From assembly GCA_024181965.1 (NCBI GenBank), contig BQXS01000115.1, positions 1 to 42,292 of the forward strand: a stretch of 42,292 nucleotides of DNA. The letters run 5' to 3'. Both the position numbers and the translations under genes were made by a program. Source of the DNA: Aduncisulcus paluster (Eukaryota). Below the pieces are notes generated by a model. The model had not been told where the DNA came from. It ran no database searches and worked only from the letters and a program-made list of their open reading frames with translations. The first letter of the stretch is position 1. Each line of letters opens with the position of its first letter. This document shows, in pieces, positions 39,031-42,292 of this stretch.

Positions 39031-41479
39031 ATGTCATTGCAAGCACTTACCACAGCTCTTTTGCGAGAATATCTCCATGCTAATGGATGTACAGAAACTT
39101 TAAAAATGTTCGACTCAGAAGTTGTACGTATCTCTCTTTAATCTTTTTTATTGAAGAAAAATGTCATAAGATTCTGAAAATAATATTGTTTTTATTGATT
39201 TTTTTTTCTTTTTCCTTCTATTCTATTGTAGCCTCGGTCAGCACATTCAATATCTTCAAGAAAACAAATGTTAAAAACTCTCCACCTCACAAAGGCATTT
39301 TTGCTTAATTTAAAGGCGAAAAAGATGGGAAATCCCTCTTTTGAAACTATTTTAGAAGTATTGATATCTGAATGGGTTCAGCATGTCACATCGAGTGGAG
39401 ATGAAGATATGTCACAAAAGTCCCCTATACCTGATAAAGAGGCTTCTATTCGTCCATCCCCTCCCAGATCTCCCCCTAAAACACCACCTCGTCGAGTCCG
39501 AGTATTCCCAAGTTCTTCAGCTCAATCAATAACCTCATCCCATCATGTTAGAGAAAGTAGTTCCAATATAAATCAAGCAACTTCGAAAAAAATATCTTCA
39601 TTTGAACGTTTTAAAAGACCATCTTCAGCTTCATCTTCGAAATATGTCACACTCGGTCGTAGTGTCGTTTCAACTCCTTCTCAACCATTCTCAGAGCTTT
39701 TACGAAAACAAACGTCAATGAAAAACTTTAAAAAAATTCTTTTCGGTGGGGTCTCTGAAGAATTTCCCATTTCATGGTTTCAATCTTTTCCATTCGTAAC
39801 CCCAAATCCCTCTGAAGCTTGGTATGGTCTTTTGCAACAAGAAGGAGGCCCATGTGGATATTTAGCTGTTCTTCAAGCCAGGGTTATTCGTCATGCCTTC
39901 ACAAAACAGCGCTATTCCTCCGGATTATCCTCATATCGCGATGTTCGTAATGCGNNNNNNNNNNNNNNNNNNNNTCGTCCATATGTGAATGTTCCTCAGG
40001 ATGGTATGGATCATCATGTTTCTCAACAATCCCCACCGACGTGTTTGTGTCCTCCGATGGAGATGCTGAGGACTATCTTTGTGGTAGGGATTATTCTTAT
40101 TCCGATAGTTCTGATCCCACAACCGCNNNNNNNNNNNNNNNNNNNNTTCTTCAGCTCAATCAATAACCTCATCCCATCATGTTAGAGAAAGTAGTTCCAA
40201 TATAAATCAAGCAACTTCGAAAAAAATATCTTCATTTGAACGTTTTAAAAGACCATCTTCAGCTTCATCTTCGAAATATGTCACACTCGGTCGTAGTGTC
40301 GTTTCAACTCCTTCTCAACCATTCTCAGAGCTTTTACGAAAACAAACGTCAATGAAAAACTTTAAAAAAATTCTTTTCGGTGGGGTCTCTGAAGAATTTC
40401 CCATTTCATGGTTTCAATCTTTTCCATTCGTAACCCCAAATCCCTCTGAAGCTTGGTATGGTCTTTTGCAACAAGAAGGAGGCCCATGTGGATATTTAGC
40501 TGTTCTTCAAGCCAGGGTTATTCGTCATGCCTTCACAAAACAGCGCTATTCCTCCGGATTATCCTCATATCGCGATGTTCGTAATGCGCAAGTCAACCTC
40601 CTTGTTCGTGCTCTTGCTGATACTCTCTGTATCTGTTCTGGGTGTGAAGTGTCGTCTCTTCCTCCTCCGGAGAGTGTCAGTGGAGAGGGCGATTCTGTTT
40701 CCACCAAGAATGACATGCTGAGATCTTCCGTCATTATCGTTCTTCCCTCCAATCCTGGATCTGACTCTGTGTCCTCCCCTCTCTCCTCTCCGGAGATGTA
40801 TGTGTGTCATACAGTGAGACGCTACAGTGCTCTCTGCAGGTTGCTGTATGATGTCAAGGAGAATCTTGTCAGCGAGGGCCAGTCTGATATGCTGATATGT
40901 ATGTGTGTATCAAGTGTGCTTTCTTGCGGGATCAAGAATATTGAGGCGGCGAGGAAAGGGGATGCCATCGAAGATAGTTTGATTGCTGAACATGGGTATT
41001 GTTCTCAAGCACTCGTCAATATGCTGATATCTGGGAGGGCTGCCCCACACACACATAAAGGTGTGCAAAATATTGGAGAGCTCCTACTCAATGGTGTGAC
41101 CAGGGCAGGAGACATTTGTTTTATCCCTCATTCAGACTGTCTTGGATACACTACTACCTGTGATGAACTAAAATATGGTGGTGTGTATCCTGCGTGGGTT
41201 ATTCTTCATGAGAGTCACTATAGTGTTCTGTTTGGCAAGGATATTACGGTCCTTGATGAAGTCAAAGGAGTGAAACAAGTTGATGACCTTGACCTGTTTT
41301 ACTACGATCAGCAGAACAAAACGCCTGATATCATTCACTTGACTGTTGAGACAGCTGGTGGATTGTTTGACGATGAAGAGGAGGAGAGAGATGACGATTC
41401 TTTCATTAATCAACTCATTCGTATTTTACTCCCTGGTTGTGGTGAAATTGACTGGCATGGTGAAATGCTCCTTCTCTGA
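39031..41479 (+). CDS. MINDY4: MINDY-family deubiquitinase MINDY4 (FAM188B)-like, about 568 aa once the 634-nt gap artefact is removed; exon 1 is 39031-39123
   Basis: YGLLQQEGGPCG (catalytic Cys), HGYCSQALVNMLISGRA, WVILHESHYSVLF (His) and FYYDQ. The spliced N-terminus ALLREYLHANGCTETLKMFDSEV|PRSAHSISSRKQMLKTLHL matches the MINDY4 N-terminal pattern. Confidence 0.88.
39124..39231 (+). other. Spliceosomal intron, 108 nt (GTACGT...TGTAG), phase 0
   Basis: Canonical sites with a long pyrimidine tract; restores the MINDY4-like N-terminus. Confidence 0.88.
39975..40126 (+). other. 152-nt orphan contig between two N gaps, encoding an EGF-like fragment (SSICECSSGWYGSSCF...)
   Basis: The frame starting at 39975 is open and has the CxCxxGWxGxxC EGF-like motif; unrelated to the flanking MINDY4 sequence. 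Confidence 0.7.
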
Positions 41480-42292
41480 GAATTCCCAATATCTTTATAT
41501 TAATATTATTTAAAAGTCAATTCATATTTTCTCATTCTCAAAATTTATCTAATTCATATCAAATATATAGATTATAAATGAGATCCATATCTCAATAACA
41601 ATAAATTTTATACATAAGATCATTGATCATATTCGGTATGATACTCATTGCTGATCTCAAATAAAGTCAACCATGCAGAGCAAGATAGATGTACGCACAG
41701 ACTTGTTCGCACGCATATTATATGAATATTTGGTAGTCAACATTAGTTGCAGCAACTCAATCAGAATGAAAATATAATCTTCACATGCGACAACGCGTTT
41801 TTAAAATTCACCTACATATTGTCTAAATGTTAGAATTACTTGTGAATGGTTGGAAGAAATGCAAAAATGGAAAACATTTGAAACTAGACCATATGATTAA
41901 TAATATCAAGAAAACTCATCGTCATCATATAGATTATTGAGATTATACAAATAATTATCAATTTTATGATTAATAAAACATCATTAAGCGGAGGATATTG
42001 ACAAAAGTTTCAGATTGACTTAAAAGGATGGTGAAAACCAGAAAACAATATTATAATAATAATATTCACGAAGATTATATAAGAAATAAGTTAGAGTCTA
42101 GGAAAGTCATGTTCTATATTCACCAAAGATAAAAATGAAAATGTCAAAGAGGCAAAACTCTATTAATCACATAAAAAACCAGGTTTATTTCCATTAAAGA
42201 GTAGTTTTTACAATATTTATATTGTTTGTACTTAATTTATATCTTATCGACACTCATGGAATGAGTTCATTTCTGAGTGATTGCGACTCACT

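Noticed and set aside
39268..40185. 305-aa ORF reading through two N gaps
   Set aside because: Chimera of the MINDY4 N-terminal part, Ns and an unrelated contig read in the wrong frame.
41480..42292. ORF-free tail containing a short IIFTCDNA peptide reminiscent of a DDE motif (about 41774-41797)
   Set aside because: Surrounded by stop codons with no other supporting motif; cannot be distinguished from chance.

Overview
Gene-dense, AT-rich eukaryotic scaffold from a flagellated protist. It uses the standard genetic code (TAA, TAG and TGA all act as stops) and has sparse, short GT-AG introns, mostly near gene 5' ends. The expanded domain family at 1.1-2.7 kb and 8.2 kb resembles proteins I recall from the free-living fornicate Aduncisulcus paluster; this is recollection, not a search result. 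There are about 20 genes: AP-3 mu, SPT4, a BRD7/9-type bromodomain protein, a bacterial-type metallo-beta-lactamase-fold hydrolase, an ERK7/MAPK15-like kinase with an atypical TDH activation loop, CFAP57, NOL9/Grc3, a 5'-nucleotidase-family ectoenzyme, a TPR protein, RSPH3, an R2R3 Myb, a tandem pair of unknown two-TM proteins, a CSTPP1/TPGS1-like protein, RPL32, MINDY4 and several hypotheticals. The window opens with a decayed DDE transposon and a pseudogene. Seven 20-N gaps are associated with false duplications and one misplaced contig. I cannot demonstrate a new biological system. The best leads are two structured intergenic regions with telomere-template-like motifs, the TDH MAPK, the two-TM paralog pair, the lineage-specific beta-sandwich domain family, a probable large pseudokinase and clustered CTAAAAATAG sites.
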